From: Tubiluchus corallicola
Lineage: Eukaryota > Animalia > Priapulida
Direction of reading: 5' to 3'
Assembly (NCBI GenBank): GCA_030141605.1
Contig: JAQGDQ010002366.1
Span: forward strand, 938,660 to 1,002,659
DNA: 64,000 bases
Both the position numbers and the translations under genes were made by a program. The notes below the pieces were generated by a model. The model did no database searches and was not told the origin of the DNA. It saw nothing but the letters and a program-made list of their open reading frames with translations. Shown one piece after another: positions 1-14,550 of the stretch; position 1 is the first letter of the stretch, and every line of letters begins with the position of its first letter.

Positions 1-353
1 TTTCTATGTCATGCAGCTAAGGATGTAGCTTTTATTAAAAGTTACTGACATTAAATAATCTAATGATTTTCTGTTCTGATTGCACTGCCTGTTACGAAAT
101 CACTGTTTTGCTTTGTTATTTAAAAATAGCTTTTTTTAAGATGAATGAGTCAAAACGTACGTTCCTTGGGATGTTTCTCATTTTATTTTGACTAGCCCTC
201 TAGTCAGTGCAATTCCCACTTTAAAAATGTGTTTTTTGTTTTTATATCTGAGATGAATTCATGTCTTGAAAGCTTCCTGTGGACAACTTTGCACAGTTAA
301 TTTACAGTTATCAAAACATTGTCATCTTTTTTCATCACTATTGTCAATATTGT

Positions 354-379
354 CATCATCATCATCATCATCATCATCA
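354..379. repeat. (TCA)n microsatellite
   Basis: About 8 TCA units read directly. Confidence 0.9.
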
Positions 380-3300
380 ATGAAACTGCTACCAAAGATT
401 TGTGTATTAGGTCTCTTAACTGAGTTTTGGCTTCAAAGAAAACTTTGTACACGAGAGAGCTAATTGTAGTCAAGTATATTTGTTATATTTTAGGCAATCG
501 TTTCGTTTAGATATTTTTTACTTTAACACTATTTAGTTAATAAATGAAGATTATTTATGTTACCCCTACATACCTTTCTTTATTTTGTACTATTATTGAT
601 TTTGTGTCAATTACAGCAAGTACACGTCACTTATTTGCATTAAACTATTTAAGTTTATAAGTTTAATATCAGTTTTTGCTTTTACAAGCTCCTCCTTCTT
701 AGCCTTACTACTGTTATGCACAGGAAAAGATGCAGCCCTTGTTTGCTACATTGTTGCTCACATGTGATCATGCACATGCAAATTAGTGTTGTCTTTTTGG
801 AGTGCTTTATAATATAATAACAGTCTTGTATTAATGAATACGTACATTCCAATGTATTGTTTGTCTTCTACAGTCTACATTTTATTACTTGCTGAAATTA
901 AGACCTATCAGTTATATTAGTGTGTCTGACACTTTTGTTGTGACATTTTTGTTTCCACAACTCATCGTATTGTATTTTTTGTTATTCTTCCCTGATTCGT
1001 TACTTCACAACCACCGTACACACAAAACAGAATCAGAAATTTTCTATATACTGCTAACAAAATTATAAAAATTTAATGGAATTTCAACTAGTCTGGCATG
1101 AAAAAATGAGATCATTTTACATAGGTTAGTTACATTGTGATTAATAACTTTGTGAACTCAACAAATGAGATCTGTTTGTGTAATAGGCCTATATGTTTAG
1201 CTCAATTATAATAATAGGTTGCACGTTTATGAATTCTTTTAAACTAATTATTATACATTATAATACTTTGATGCACAATCGTTTTTTCATTATGGTAATA
1301 ACTTGTGTAAAAGTGTGAAAGACTGAATGTTTGTATATACATGTAAGTGCAATACATGAACTTAAAAAGTAAAGAACTTTTGTTTACTTAATAAGTTAGT
1401 CAGTTAAAATGGGCAGTGACTGTCCATGTCATGATTGTGTTTAAGCTTTGAATGCATTATAGTCTTTCATGGTATACATACATGTATTAATTTATAGTAG
1501 TCAACTGTAACTATTTTCGAATGGTTAAATTACGTTGTTTCAATATAAAATGTTTTTGTGCAATATAAAAGGGCGTTCGAATCCCATGTGCAGAATACCT
1601 TTTTTCATCGTAAAGAATAGGTATCATTGAACGTTTAGTTCTACTACTCGTGTTATAGAAAATTTATTACCTATGGCTGTATCGTAACATTTTTTGAATG
1701 TCTGCGTGTTAATAAAGTAGTCTATATAAATTTGATAAATCATAACTTTTGATTAGTGCTACTTTACTATCTAAATCAGAGATCGTGAGCAGTATTTTCA
1801 AATGAATTTAACGTGAAAGAAGCTGTAACTCAGTAATTAATCATATTAATTACAGATTCTTTCATCATTAAAAGAATATAATAAAAAGGGTGTGGCGAGG
1901 AAGTCGTGAAAAGCTCACTTCTGATACCTTTCTAATGTCAAACATAGAACGTTACGCTGTCCAACAGCGCTTTGTAATGTCCCCCATCATTATTGCACAT
2001 GGGAGCACAGTCAGGTAACATAACTCCCTAGGCCTTGGTCTCTAAACATATTCAAAGATTTCAATTAGAGTGATACGTACTAAGCACATTTAATACCTAG
2101 TTCACACGGTTTTTTCAAAAGATTGACATTCAAAGCACTGATTATGTGTACACGATCAGTTTTCACTGATAATTACGTATACTTTCAAATAACTATTTGT
2201 CGAAGGGGTGTTCTTTAACTTTTTATCATTTCCGAAATAGCGTCAAAAGACCAAAACAGCTTGTATGAAAACGAGCTTTGTTTTAGCTTATGCTTGCAAA
2301 GCGAAATCAAAGAAAAAAGACTTCAGCAAAGAAACGAAACAAGAAATTAGCATCAAATTTTGGGAACTAAAAGCAAAAGCACAAACGAATTTTAATTATA
2401 TTGGGATAACACAAAGTAATTACTGGACAAATTTCACCTCTAAATAAAGCGAAAGGAATAGATTGTCAAGGCACCATAGCGTGCAAGTTAGTCGCCGAAG
2501 TACAACAGGTCTATAAAATGTACACTCACGAAAATTTCGGCACTCACGCACTTACAAAATGTAATTTATGCAGTAGCTTTTTGTTAATAATTCATTGTTT
2601 TTTTGTGACATTGCACTTTACACAACCGTTATCAAAGGGCTCTTTTAGCCGAGTCACCAGCCCGCATTAATGTTACCTGTTCATTCCGAAAATTTATGAC
2701 GGACACTGACGAAAATCAAGACCAGTTTGATTAAAATTTTACTGTCATTCTTGGTGTCCACGCGGCCACTTCAACCCTGACAAACTCGAGAATGACTGTT
2801 TTGAATGACCGTGAAGACGGCCTATTAATACTCTGGGTCTACCATACTTTATAAAGCAACCTATATCTGAAATAATTATGAGAGAGAGAGAGCTCTCCTG
2901 AGACTTTTTTAAATATAAAAACGTATAAATAACGACCTGTTATTACCCACCCGACTGATATGTGGGTAGGGTGTTTAGCCGCGTTTGTGTGTTTGACTAT
3001 CTGTCCACAAAATGAGCTCAATGAAACAGATGAAGCGTTAAAGCTGGAACAGAGATAGATCTAAAGTGGTCAAATATTCGGCTCGCAAGTCAAACAATTT
3101 CAAAATAAAAAAAATTTCTATTTCATGCGAAGACGTGGGTCAATGAATCCATTTTAGTTTTTACATGAAGGGTTGAATGCCTTCGGTTTAGACAAATAAC
3201 AAAGCAGAATAAACACTGTCTTTTTCTTCCCTTTATTAAAAGAGGAAAGGAAACACAGTTTATATACTATTTTTATTTATTTTTAGTCACGTCTGAAACC

Positions 3301-5442
3301 TCATTGTAAGACACTAGACTCATTTAAGTGGTAATTAAAAAAAGTTGTATACTAAAGTCAGCAAGTCATAAATTTTTTAACAGCTTTTAATCTTAGGAAA
3401 CAATTATGAGTCTGATAATATATTGCAACGCTATTTTTTAGATTGTTACTTGAAATAGTATACTAGGAAACTGTACCGAAGGCTGTTTTACTTTTGCAAT
3501 TTGTTTGCGACAACAATGATGTCACAATGACAATGGTGATACCGTGATGGTGACGACGATGACAGCGATTAGCCCATTTATAATAATAAGTTTATTACAA
3601 CTAAACACTGTCTTACATAAAAACTGTAAAATATAAAGAAATTAATATACTTTTAATAACCTATTTAAAAAACGCACAATAATAAACAGTGAATGTGACG
3701 CAGTCAATGAGCTAAAGAAAAAAGTTTAAATAAATAAATAAACTCTGATTTGCATTCTGGTAAGGGTAAATGATAATAATATTTTCACGTAATCACTGTA
3801 GGCAAATAATATATCTGTGAGTGCAGTGATGTGGCAATCGACCATGGATTATTATATTATTTGGATTTTGAACTGATAAGAACAACCTTTGCAATATTTT
3901 TCGCGGCAGGCAAATAAAGGCTGAAGATTAGCCAACATTAGAACATAATTTAATTACATCTGCCACTGCTAACTACTATAATGGCATCATTTTGGTTTTC
4001 GTAGCTAAAAAATCACACGCGCTGAAATTTATAAAGTCTCCGCCATCGATGCTGTTACCCCCGCATGTTTTTGGGGGTTTTATTTATATAGGTCCGCCCC
4101 GGATTGCTGCCGCCGTCTTCGCAATATTTTCTATAGTTGAAGCCACTCGCTCTACCGATACACGCACACGCATATCGATCGTCAGTTTGCCAGGTTTTGA
4201 GATTATCAGCTGGGCAGCAGCTTCCTTGATTCTTATCACAACTCTTGGAACTGGCTTCATTCTCGCGTGTGTCAAACGAAGTTCACTGGGGTTTCTTTGT
4301 TCTTAACTGTCAACTGAGCACTTTGTGAAGTATTGACGCATTTGGTTCTTTGCGAGTTAGAGTTTTGTCAGTGAGTTTACACTTCAACCGCGTGATGTTT
4401 CGCTGATGCTTGTTACAGCTTGAGATTTTTGAACCTTTCTACATCTGCGAAAGCTATGACCAGGACGTGAATTTATTCTGTGAACGGTTAATACTTCAAA
4501 GAAATCGTAATTGTATATTAATTACTACTTTCTTATTCGAAAATTGTGTCGAAGGCCCGTCGAAGCCAAAGATAACTGGCTTTTTTTCGAAGCTCACTAT
4601 GGCATCGTCAGCAGCAGTTAGTGTGTTGGCCAATCAACGTTTAGAACATCACCACAGCTGCAGCTGTTTAGTACAGTATGGCGGATAGCAGACTACAAAT
4701 TCTGAAGGACAGGACTTATAGAAATGAAATACTTTCTTTATTAAAAGACGTAAAACATCGCATGGTTGTGATGGGACAAGTTATGATGCAAGTTGGGGTA
4801 AGTGCAGCAATACTATCTACGCCTTATTATCACCATCGAGTCAACGGTTCCTTGCACTTGTAAGTGAGCAGGTTTCTATGATAACTGGCGTTTTTACTAA
4901 ATTGCAAACATGACACATCATAACACAGTGTAACTTGATAAAACACACATATCAGTTGTCATGTGGTATGTGACAAAAGTTGACGAGAATGTCAGAATAC
5001 AAAACACTTTTGGAATCTTACTGCCCTTTGGGGTACTAGTACTAGTAGTTTGTGGATAAAACGCCAGAGAAATTCGCAGACACGTTCGAGTTACGTTCAT
5101 GAACTGAATCGTGGACTCAAAAAATTGGAGATGGCTTGCCGTAGATTAACTAGGTACTCATGTAGCTACATAATAATAATATTTATAGTGTACACGCACA
5201 TGTGGTAATGTTGCAATCTGTCTGTTTCGTTTGAATTCATGAGTTGGGAATTATCAGGGGCAATTGATCATAAATTCAAGATCCCTTTTTCGACACGTCA
5301 AGCATAAACATTTTTCTGAACTATTTGCTTGAAATGTATAACATGATAGTGCAAATGGGTTTTTAGAGGATGTGGTGCAGCAATATTATGGAGACAAATG
5401 TGAATAATTTGCAGCAAATTGCTGGGTCTTTGTTGGGTGCAT

Positions 5443-6118
5443 GGTAAGTTTGGTGCTAGTAAGTTTGGTACAGGTAATTTTGATACAAGGAACTTTTGGT
5501 ACCTGGAAAATTTGGTACTAGGAATTTTTGGTACATGATAATTTTGGTACTTGGAAAATTTGTTACAGAGAATGTACGGTACTGGTAAATATGGTACTAA
5601 CGAAGTTTTGTCAGGTAATGGTACAAGGTAAATAATGGCACAGAACAAGTTTCATACTACGAAAATTTGGTACTAGAAAAATTCAGTACAGAAAAAGTTT
5701 GGTACAAGGAAAGTTTGGTACTATAAAAGTACGTTTTATTATAACCTACTCAAACAAGTTGCAGAGGCTCATTGTTGCATTTTTTATTTGTTTTTGTTCG
5801 CTTCCTCTTTGTTTGTTTGTCTGTTGTTTCTTGTTTATCACTGTTGTTGTTGTTTGTCTGTTTCTTGCTCACTCTTTTGTTGCGATAACTACCACCACCA
5901 CCATCATCAACATTATTGCTGTCATCATATCACCATTGTTACTTTTGCCATTTTGTTGCTGTTGTTATTGTTGCTTTGTTATTGCCGATGTCATTGTTGT
6001 TGTTGCCATTGTTTTTGTTACTGATGCTGTTGTTATTCTTCTTGTATGTTAGTTCTTGCTTGCTGCTTTTGTTGTCCTCATCATGGTTGTCATCATCATT
6101 ATCATCACCACCACCACC

Positions 6119-6150
<32 letters not shown>

Positions 6151-6211
6151 GGTCATCATCATCGTCTTTGTTGTTGTCATTGTTACATTTGTAATTTTGT
6201 TGCTGTTGTAA

Positions 6212-6242
<31 letters not shown>

Positions 6243-6972
6243 TGTTATTGTTGTTGCTGCTGTTAATATTGTTAGCAGTGAAGATCATAATTATCATCGT
6301 CATCATCACTGTTACTGTTGTTGCCGTTGTGCCAATAAATAACGATGGATGATCACAGTAAGTAATAGCAATAATATTGATGATGACAACGTTGATGCTA
6401 GTGATGATGATAACAATGATGATTATGGCAAAGATGGGTTGCATGGTGAGTTGGAGGCCTTTCATTTTTTGCTGAAAGAAATCTCAAATATACCTGCATG
6501 GATGGGATAATCATGGATAAAATTCTAGCTCTGCCATGCACCATTAATTACAGTATAATGTTTTATGAACTTTTTAATAAACCAGACTTTCCTAGTACCA
6601 TATTTCCTCCCTAATGAATAAACTTCTTTATTTTATAGTTGAAACAATTAGTTTGTAATGAGACGCAGAAATGCTCTGTTTTTCGTTAAGTACCATATTT
6701 TCCTAGTACCAAAACTTCCTTGTACCCATATTTCCTAATACTAAACAATCTTGGTATCATATTTTCCTCGTATCAAACATTCCCACTACCACAATTTCCT
6801 AATACCAAAACTTCCTTACACCCTAAGATGATAGCACCAAATTTACATGTAACAAAATTAGCACGTATAAAAAATTCCTAGCACAGAATTTTCTGGGTAC
6901 CAAAATTTCCTCGTACCCAAAATCACCTATACCAAATTTACATGTACTAAACTTTCTTGGACCAAACTTTCC
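5443..6972. mobile_element. Foldback-like non-autonomous DNA element: inverted arms built of ~16-17 bp tandem repeats around a simple-repeat core
   Basis: Left arm ~5443-5725 repeats (AA)TTTGGTACNNGG; right arm ~6585-6972 repeats the reverse complement (CCNNGTACCAAA). The arms align unit by unit by eye. No TSD or transposase found. Confidence 0.65.
5780..6430. repeat. Compound trinucleotide microsatellite (GTT/GCT/CAT/CAC/GAT)
   Basis: Direct reading; it generates the poly-H, poly-V, poly-P and poly-N ORFs in several frames. Confidence 0.95.
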
Positions 6973-9900
6973 TAAATTTCTTTATTGTTCACTTAGTCAC
7001 TGTCATACATGATCTCATACACGATCATCAATCGCTGCTACTTTCTAAAAAATTCGAGTAGCAGGTTTCCAAATAAATTATCCTGTTAACTTATAATTTA
7101 ATGTTCTTTTACAGACGTTTGATTTAATTTACAGGAATAGGCCTTGCAACTTAAAATAAGAGTAAACTAAGCATATCTTTTGGTTTGTGAATTTTTTGGG
7201 CAGTTACATTAAAAATCATTAAATCATAATTGACTGTTGTCGTCAAAGCTTTCCGTTTCTGACCGAATGCCAGAAACTTTTGTCTTTAAATTCGCACCTG
7301 TATGCTTTTGTGATTTTAATTTCAAGCTCGTGTGAAGTTCTGTTTTACGATGTAGAACAATCAGTAACAATCAGAATCACTAAACTACAATGGAATTAAT
7401 TCTAGTATCCTAAATTCAATATTTAAGAATGACTTCAGCATTTCATAGAGTTAATTTACTCAAACCAGGGTAGCTACTAATGAGTTTAACCGCCTAGTGT
7501 TAAAATTTCAAAAATTTGGTTATTGCAGTTTCAGTCTGCCGTTAATATTCTTCAAATAAGATGATAAATAGGTAATTAATTACCAACGGAGCATTCCAAG
7601 TTCTACATTACTTACGAAATTAATCTTAGTTGGTTAGAAACTGCTCAAGCTATCTATCGTACGTAAACAAACACTTGGTTGGTAAACTGTGGAATTGGCT
7701 TCTTTAGTACGAGGACTGGTTGGAGTTGCGGTTTAATGTCCTTAATTCAAATTTAGCCTCAATACAACAGACATTTCCTTTCTTTTCATCAATTTAGCCC
7801 TAAAAAAATCAGTGATTATAATTTGATTGTGTCGTTAGCCTGGTGTCCTGACGCGAAATTACTTTATTCACATAACTTGCATCATACATGTCTATCAAAT
7901 AAAGCAGACTGACTGTGATATAAGTTCCTAAATAGTGACTGTGAGACTTCAGAGCAATTTCATGGACTTCTTGAAATGAACAAGTCTCAGGAGAGCCACT
8001 CACTTACATACATTTGTTTAAATCCATAATAAACAAACATATTTATATTATCTTACGCTGTACCTTACACGGCCTGGTAAAGTTAGCAAGTGAAAGTGCT
8101 GCTAACAACTGGGCGCCAAGGATATCATCGGATTTTGCTTGTTGGGATGCTAACGACATAATAGAGTGGCGCTACTTAGCTGCATGTAAATGGCTGCTGT
8201 GGAACCAATTGAAATTTTATTACAGGATTCATTGATTGCTGATGCTGTTAGATCGTGGAGGACAAACAGAAATTTCTTGACATTTTAACCTCTGTGATTT
8301 CTATTGGTTTAATTACTATATTAGTCAACAAAGTAAATTTGATCTCATATGCATTTATAATAATATAAGTTTAAAAATATTACCTTCTGCGTTGGAATAT
8401 ACTGACTAGTGTTGTTCATTGATTAACCAGGACTATGTCATTATGTAGCAAAAAGTAAAGATTCTTAAAGCTGTTTAATCAGTTGCATTAATGCAAACCA
8501 TTACTAACTGAATTACTGTATTTAACAATAATGAATGAATTCAGATCCGAATCCGCGAGCATGACCGTGTTTATCACTTGACGATGCCTGGTTTAATGTA
8601 TACTAAAAGCTGCATCATGTGTGACTGATTAGTGAGTATGGTGCTCGTGACTAATTATCACTTGATTATGCCTGGTCCAGTTCTCTTTACTCATGTGTGA
8701 CTGAGCAGTTTGCCGTAATTTTCCATTTTCTGAACTTCCTATTCCAGGTCACACCTGCAAGGCTTTCGTGAGTGTAGGTACTTTAGTTTTCGAATCATTC
8801 AATGTCATGAACTTATGAGTCGATGCCTAGAATTCCACACCTAACAAAAATGATGGAAACAAAATATGAAAAAAATCAGTAATTTTTTGAAAAAATTTGA
8901 AAATTTTACATTATATAGGAACTATGAAGCCAAGCTGGCAAAGTTGTTATGCGTTTGTTTAAAGTTAAACGTGGAATAGGTCTTCCTGCTCCAGTCTTGC
9001 AGTATGGCTATGCAATATAGATTAATATTGAGAAACAGGGTCCTCAATTGTTTAGGAAAAGAACTTAATTCTTAGCTTCCGTTTGCTTTCGTTCAATAAT
9101 CTGATAGCTATATCACCCTATAAACGATATCATGTACTATTATGTCGTGCATGGCCCATAGAAATGAATATTATTTCCAGACATTTAATTTTTAAGGTAG
9201 GTTTGTATTGCAGACTTTGCAGGTTGATATATTAGCGTCTTTTACATCTTATAAGCGGCGAATACATTAAGGAAAAGAATTCTCTCGTTTTTGCACAACT
9301 TGTTATTGCTGTTTCGTTTTCGTATTCGAGTTCCTCTAAACATAGTATTACGTTTATCAGAGGGGGGGACAGAGGCATTCCTTACCGCATAACAGAGCAC
9401 TTGCCAATTATCTGAAAACAAATTTGAGCAACTAATATTGTCGATTGGTTGTTGTGCATGTGAGTAAACGTAATGTTTAATGTTGTGAGAGTCTGAGCAT
9501 AGATAGCTCGATATGTTTTTCCCGTCTTATCAGCTATCAGTAATGCGCGGCAGCATTGCTTGGGCCTTGCACTTTGTACTTAACCAATGAGCATTGAGTG
9601 TGTATGACTGCAAAAACATTACATAATTGCGTGAACTGCCTGTATTGTTTTGAGCACGTGGTCGGTGCATTAAACTGTATTTGACTTGACTATGACGTCG
9701 CTAAAAACAAAGAGAAATTTGGTTTTTCGTTGTCACGAACAGAATTCATTATGCATGGATTTTGGCGCAGCCCGTCAGGCATGCTTATGGCGTACTCTCT
9801 TTCTGAAGTACCGGACTATGTCAGTCTGTATAAGGACTATAAGCCGTCATGTAGTGATAAACCTACTTGAGAAAAGCCTGCATTGATAAATTTATGTCAA

Positions 9901-10359
9901 CTTTCAATAAAAAAGACATTAAATGAAGCAATATAAATCGGTGTAGTCTATTAAGTTTATAGACTGCCGCTAGCCCTCGGGCAATTATTTGCCTACAGTT
10001 TGTGTTTAACTCCACTACGTCTTTACGTTTTCAGCGCTTGCTATTATCATTCACTAACTAAAAACTTTTGTGTTTAAAATTTTATGTCCGAACGTTTTAT
10101 AACTTTGCACGAACGAAAGTTCGTTTCATAATTTATACCACGCTTACGAGCAGTCTGATTTATGAAATAATGAAACTGATACTCAGTATTGTGTAATTTG
10201 TATTCCATGATTTACTTCTATTATAAACGTATAAATACTCGAAATCACAAATAGCATACATATTATTTAACTTAGTTTAGTAAATTTAGAGCTCTACATT
10301 TTCTTAGAGCTGTATTTATTACGTAAAAGCGAGTTATATTAATCGATTTTTTATATTTA

Positions 10360-10800
10360 ACATTTTTATTTAATACAAAACATACATTACAAATTACAAT
10401 CGATTTTGATTTACAAGCACAGTATCAGATTTAGACTGTGTGAAAAGGTTTAAGCGTACTATGGACTGTTTTTGAACAGTTTGTTTCTAATTTAAATTAA
10501 AAATGTTTGATGAATGTTGATCTATTTATTAACCACTAATAGAGCAATTCTTGGACATATACAATGGAGGATGTAAAATTTTCTTTCGCCATTTGAAGCA
10601 GAACTTCAAACCAAACTCTCCCCTAACAATCTATTAGTCTGCGTATCCATATAGCACAAAAATTATAGGTTTACTTTCATGTTTTGTGACGGAGACTCAT
10701 GGTCGAAAGTAACAAATCGGTTCATTAACATCACTACCAAGCGGCTGCTGGCGTCGCTGTTTAACTGGCTATTGTGTTGCTCTTTTTCCACTAGTAAAAT
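10360..10800 (-). mobile_element. Old LINE 3' fragment
   Basis: Degenerate post-RT-like sequence on minus (YGYA.., WFEV, ICPR, QSIVRLNL) ending in an AATAAA/A-rich tail near 10365. Weak. Confidence 0.4.
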
Positions 10801-13800
10801 GTGCTTTCTTTATTGTGGGGTATGCTCACAAAAGATCTGTGACCAGGTGGGTTTCCTGCTTGGGAGCATTTGCCATATTCCCGGTCGCGAACTGCTTGAT
10901 TCAGCGCCAGCTGCGTTGCTGTATCAAATACATGACATTGACCCGTGGGCCCACCAGGCAAACTCAATCGCTCTGTGTATTTTTTCGCAATGGTACATGT
11001 ATATTGCATGTGCGTCATTATGTACGTAGTATACCCATCACTGATATAAAAATATAACATATACAATTATACATAGTTAGTCAATGGCTATTTCCTAGTT
11101 ACAGTCACGAGTTTCCCTGCAAGCAGACACCAATGAAAAAAACAGATGATTACTGGGTGGGATGTGATACACTGCCAAGCAGTGTTCCAGCGAAATGTCT
11201 ATTTTTAGGAAAAACTAGGTTCGGGGACCTGTTTTTAGAAAGCTCAAGTGAATATACTGCATTTTCTCTGTGTTTGCAGACATTACCTTTCTTTGTAATT
11301 TGCTAAAATTCTCTAAAAGTAAGAGCGTCCTAGTCTAAAAAATTGCTAGTGTCCATAAAATAACTTTCATTGCCAAATTTAATGCTCGACTTAGGACAGG
11401 TTGTTGGGCAAAAGTAAGACAAAAATTAGAAGTTACATTAATACACTGTGAGTCTGTAACGTTCTTTGGCTCTGATCCGTTTGCTGGTTAAAGATCGTGT
11501 CTCTTGACGACATTTCATTGCAAAAAAGTTCACGCTTCCATACAGGGTGGCGGAACCGACAAACTCATTCTAGCAGTTATTAGTCCTTTTATAAATAGAT
11601 AAACGCTAAGACATCACATAGCCAATTTTGGATTTATACATTGATGTTAATTAAGTTAGTGAATGAACACCGTTAGGTTACGTTTAAACAGTGTAGGTAG
11701 TTTTTTACAATTCTAGTGATGTTGTACTTATAAAACAGGTGGCTATGGTTGGTTATAACTAAGGTTATCGACAATTCGATAGATTAAAAGGTGTGTTATA
11801 GTATATGTTATTTATGCGGCTAGCTGTTGCGCTCTACCACAGCAAGCACATGAGTCATCAGTATGTTTATCTGTAGTCTTGTGTGAAAAAACCGCGCAGT
11901 CCTAATTATTTGTTTTAGATAGATAGCTGTCTTGTTTTAGATAGGGCAATAGCTGGAATTACCGCTGATGTTCAAAAATGCCAATGACATCTAGGCCTTT
12001 TTTTCTTATGTGTCGTGATTAGTGAAGTGCCTCTATAACGCTTTAGCTTTCCTAACCATGCGTTTAGTGTTTATCGGGTGGATCATCCCGGTGTTCGCTC
12101 TCGTGCACAGCTGATCGATATTGTAATCCACTTTCACTGAATGGGGTGCAGTGTCCTCTAGCTCGCGGGACCTGGTATATCTAGAGCAGTGAACAGTGAC
12201 GATAGCATGGACAAGTACCTCCTGGCAAAACCCTTTCGCTCATACATGTATGAATATTAGCGACAATTTTGCATTGATTTCCGCATTTGGTGATACGCTG
12301 TATAAGCTGTCTAGTTTATGAAATTATTGAAAGTCTTTGGTACGGTTTATCACGTAAGTGTAACCTATTTATAAACTGGTGTTGAAAAAGAGAGCATTGG
12401 TCATTAATTAAGGCAACTTAATAAATTGTAATTTATATCGAACTTTAGTTTATAAAGGCAACTTGGTTAGAATCAATACAAAAAGAGTTCGTCTGGAAAC
12501 AAGTTTATAGAAAAAGGTACGACTATATTACTTATCTTGGTTTTGATTCGAAATACATGTGAAAAGGCGCTAGAGTGTAAGTAAGTTTTATACCATTTTT
12601 GTATACGTAGAACTTAAGCAAGTTTTATACCAGTTTTGTATAAATGCAAACGAATAATTAATCTGATTCTAAATCGCTATATAGGACGAAGTCATTACGA
12701 GACTTGTGAATGAGTGATCGAGTTCTGAGGTGATCATTAGCACTTGTGCTGAATAAAAGTTGTATCAATCGTTTTTATCCAGCTATCAAATGCAGCATCG
12801 GTATGCCATGGTGTTTGAGCGTTTTGTGAGCCGAGCGAGTGTATTCTTTATTCAAAAAAGCAAAAGTCGTTTCTCACCGCTTAGTAAATTGCAAAATATC
12901 TAAAGAATTGAACATTTTTATTAATTAATTAGAGAAAACATCTCTGATTAGAAGATACTTTATCTTAAAAAAGACTGAAATTGTTTTCATTGGCGTTTTC
13001 CCATAGTGATGATAGTTGTAGAGGTAACTGGATACAAAATCAATGACTTGTAGGGCCAAACTTATTTCGATTGCCATAATGTTAGCGGTTGGTTTGAGCC
13101 TAGAAAGATTATCGTGATTAAATACTTCTTCTTATGTGGTTGATGTACAGCTTATGTGTGTAATAATTTGTCCCGAGTTTGCGCCGCAGTCGGGTGTGAG
13201 AGATTCCGTTATTTGCATTCGCCTTGCGCTAATTTTTTTTCAGTCTTTGAATAGTTGATGCAATGAGGCATTCATGTACGTGGTGAATTGGTTGAAGTTT
13301 TTACAAACTCTGAATACGTAGACGAAGTTGCGAAACCTGCTTCTGCTTTATTTGACAGCGAAGTTTAACATTATTTAGTCCTTGTACAGCTATAACTTCT
13401 GAAGCTCCTAAGTTGCGAATACAAATAATCCAAGGTTAGATTATACAAAACCCAGCTAAAATTACATGGCATTTATTTGTTTGCAATTTTCAGAGTTTAT
13501 ATTAACGTATAGCAAGTTGTTAACCTAAATTCAGAGTGTTTAAGCTGGCTTAGATGTTGTGTGTAATGAAAATGACACCAAAGCAAACGGTTCACTTCCT
13601 GTTGGCATTTCCTTTTCCTAATGGCACTGTTTGTTCTGTATGCGGACGTTTTCAACTCGCTTGCATTCGTCAAACAAAACCAGTCACCAAAACTCTGTTG
13701 ATTTTTCTTATTTTGCTATCAGACGCATTGATTTTGCAGAGTTCACGAGACGGTTTCATTAGACATTCCGAAAAAATTCTTTGCTTTTAGAAACCTTATT

Positions 13801-14506
13801 GACGTCTTGTATAGCCAGCGGGGTAGAAGGATTTTGTGCGATTAACTCTCGCCTGATGCCGTATCTCTGTGCTTGGCTTCATTTCGATAACGAACTTTTT
13901 CGAATCTAGCGTAGAGGATGTGAACGCCTATAGGTAAAGCTGACCTGTCAACTTTCATCAGGCTAGAAATAGCACCAAAGTGGATCTTCTGTCAAATTGG
14001 AACTACAAAATATTACTTTTGCATTCTCATTTAAATTGTAGGGTAGTGCTGCTTTAATCTGTGTATATGCATAGACGAGTATTGTGTACGACTGTATATT
14101 AAACCTAGGCTTTATGTAACACGGTTATGTTGCCACATTGGCTTTTGGTGCTCTTTTCCTTTGTATATGCGTAATGGTAGATTCATAAGTGTTCATATTC
14201 TCACCAAATAGAAAAGGTTTTTGGTTTGACCCATATTAATTATCAAGGTTAATTAAGATAAGCCTTATCTTGGTACAGTTTCCGGTACTGGCGTAGCCTT
14301 GCTTGCTTTGTCATCAGGGAGACGCGAGCTGTTGCAGTTATTTTGCTGTTATCACTTGTTAACGCACTTATCTACATCTGTGTGCTATTCATAGCATTTA
14401 TTTCCTTCGCAAGTTTTGTTATTTGAACCCATTTTTCTTTTTGTTATTTCCTATTAATGAAAGTTTTTGCTTGAGTCGGATTCAGCGAGCCGTGCAAACT
14501 GTTTTT

Positions 14507-14550
14507 ACTTTCAGCTTTTGCACCAACAACTTTCAGCTTTTGCACCAACA
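14507..14550. repeat. Perfect 22-bp tandem duplication
   Basis: ACTTTCAGCTTTTGCACCAACA x2. Confidence 0.9.

Noticed and set aside
1565-1600. B-box GTTCGAATCC suggesting a tRNA gene
   Set aside because: No A box or cloverleaf; at most a SINE remnant. The same applies to the tRNA-like head at 31876-31937 and the A-box-like sequence near 28570.
3992-4863. Cluster of 60-100 aa ORFs on both strands
   Set aside because: No recognisable domain or consistent splice structure; possibly a decayed retroelement ORF1, but not supportable.
5298-5648. 116-aa minus-strand ORF with repeated VP/PK motifs, and a superficially CRISPR-like repeat array
   Set aside because: It derives from degenerate ~16-bp tandem repeats without unique spacers, in eukaryotic context with no cas genes.
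5699-6465. Overlapping ORFs with poly-His, poly-Val, poly-Pro and poly-Asn tracts
   Set aside because: They are translations of a compound trinucleotide microsatellite open in many frames, with no splice or domain support.
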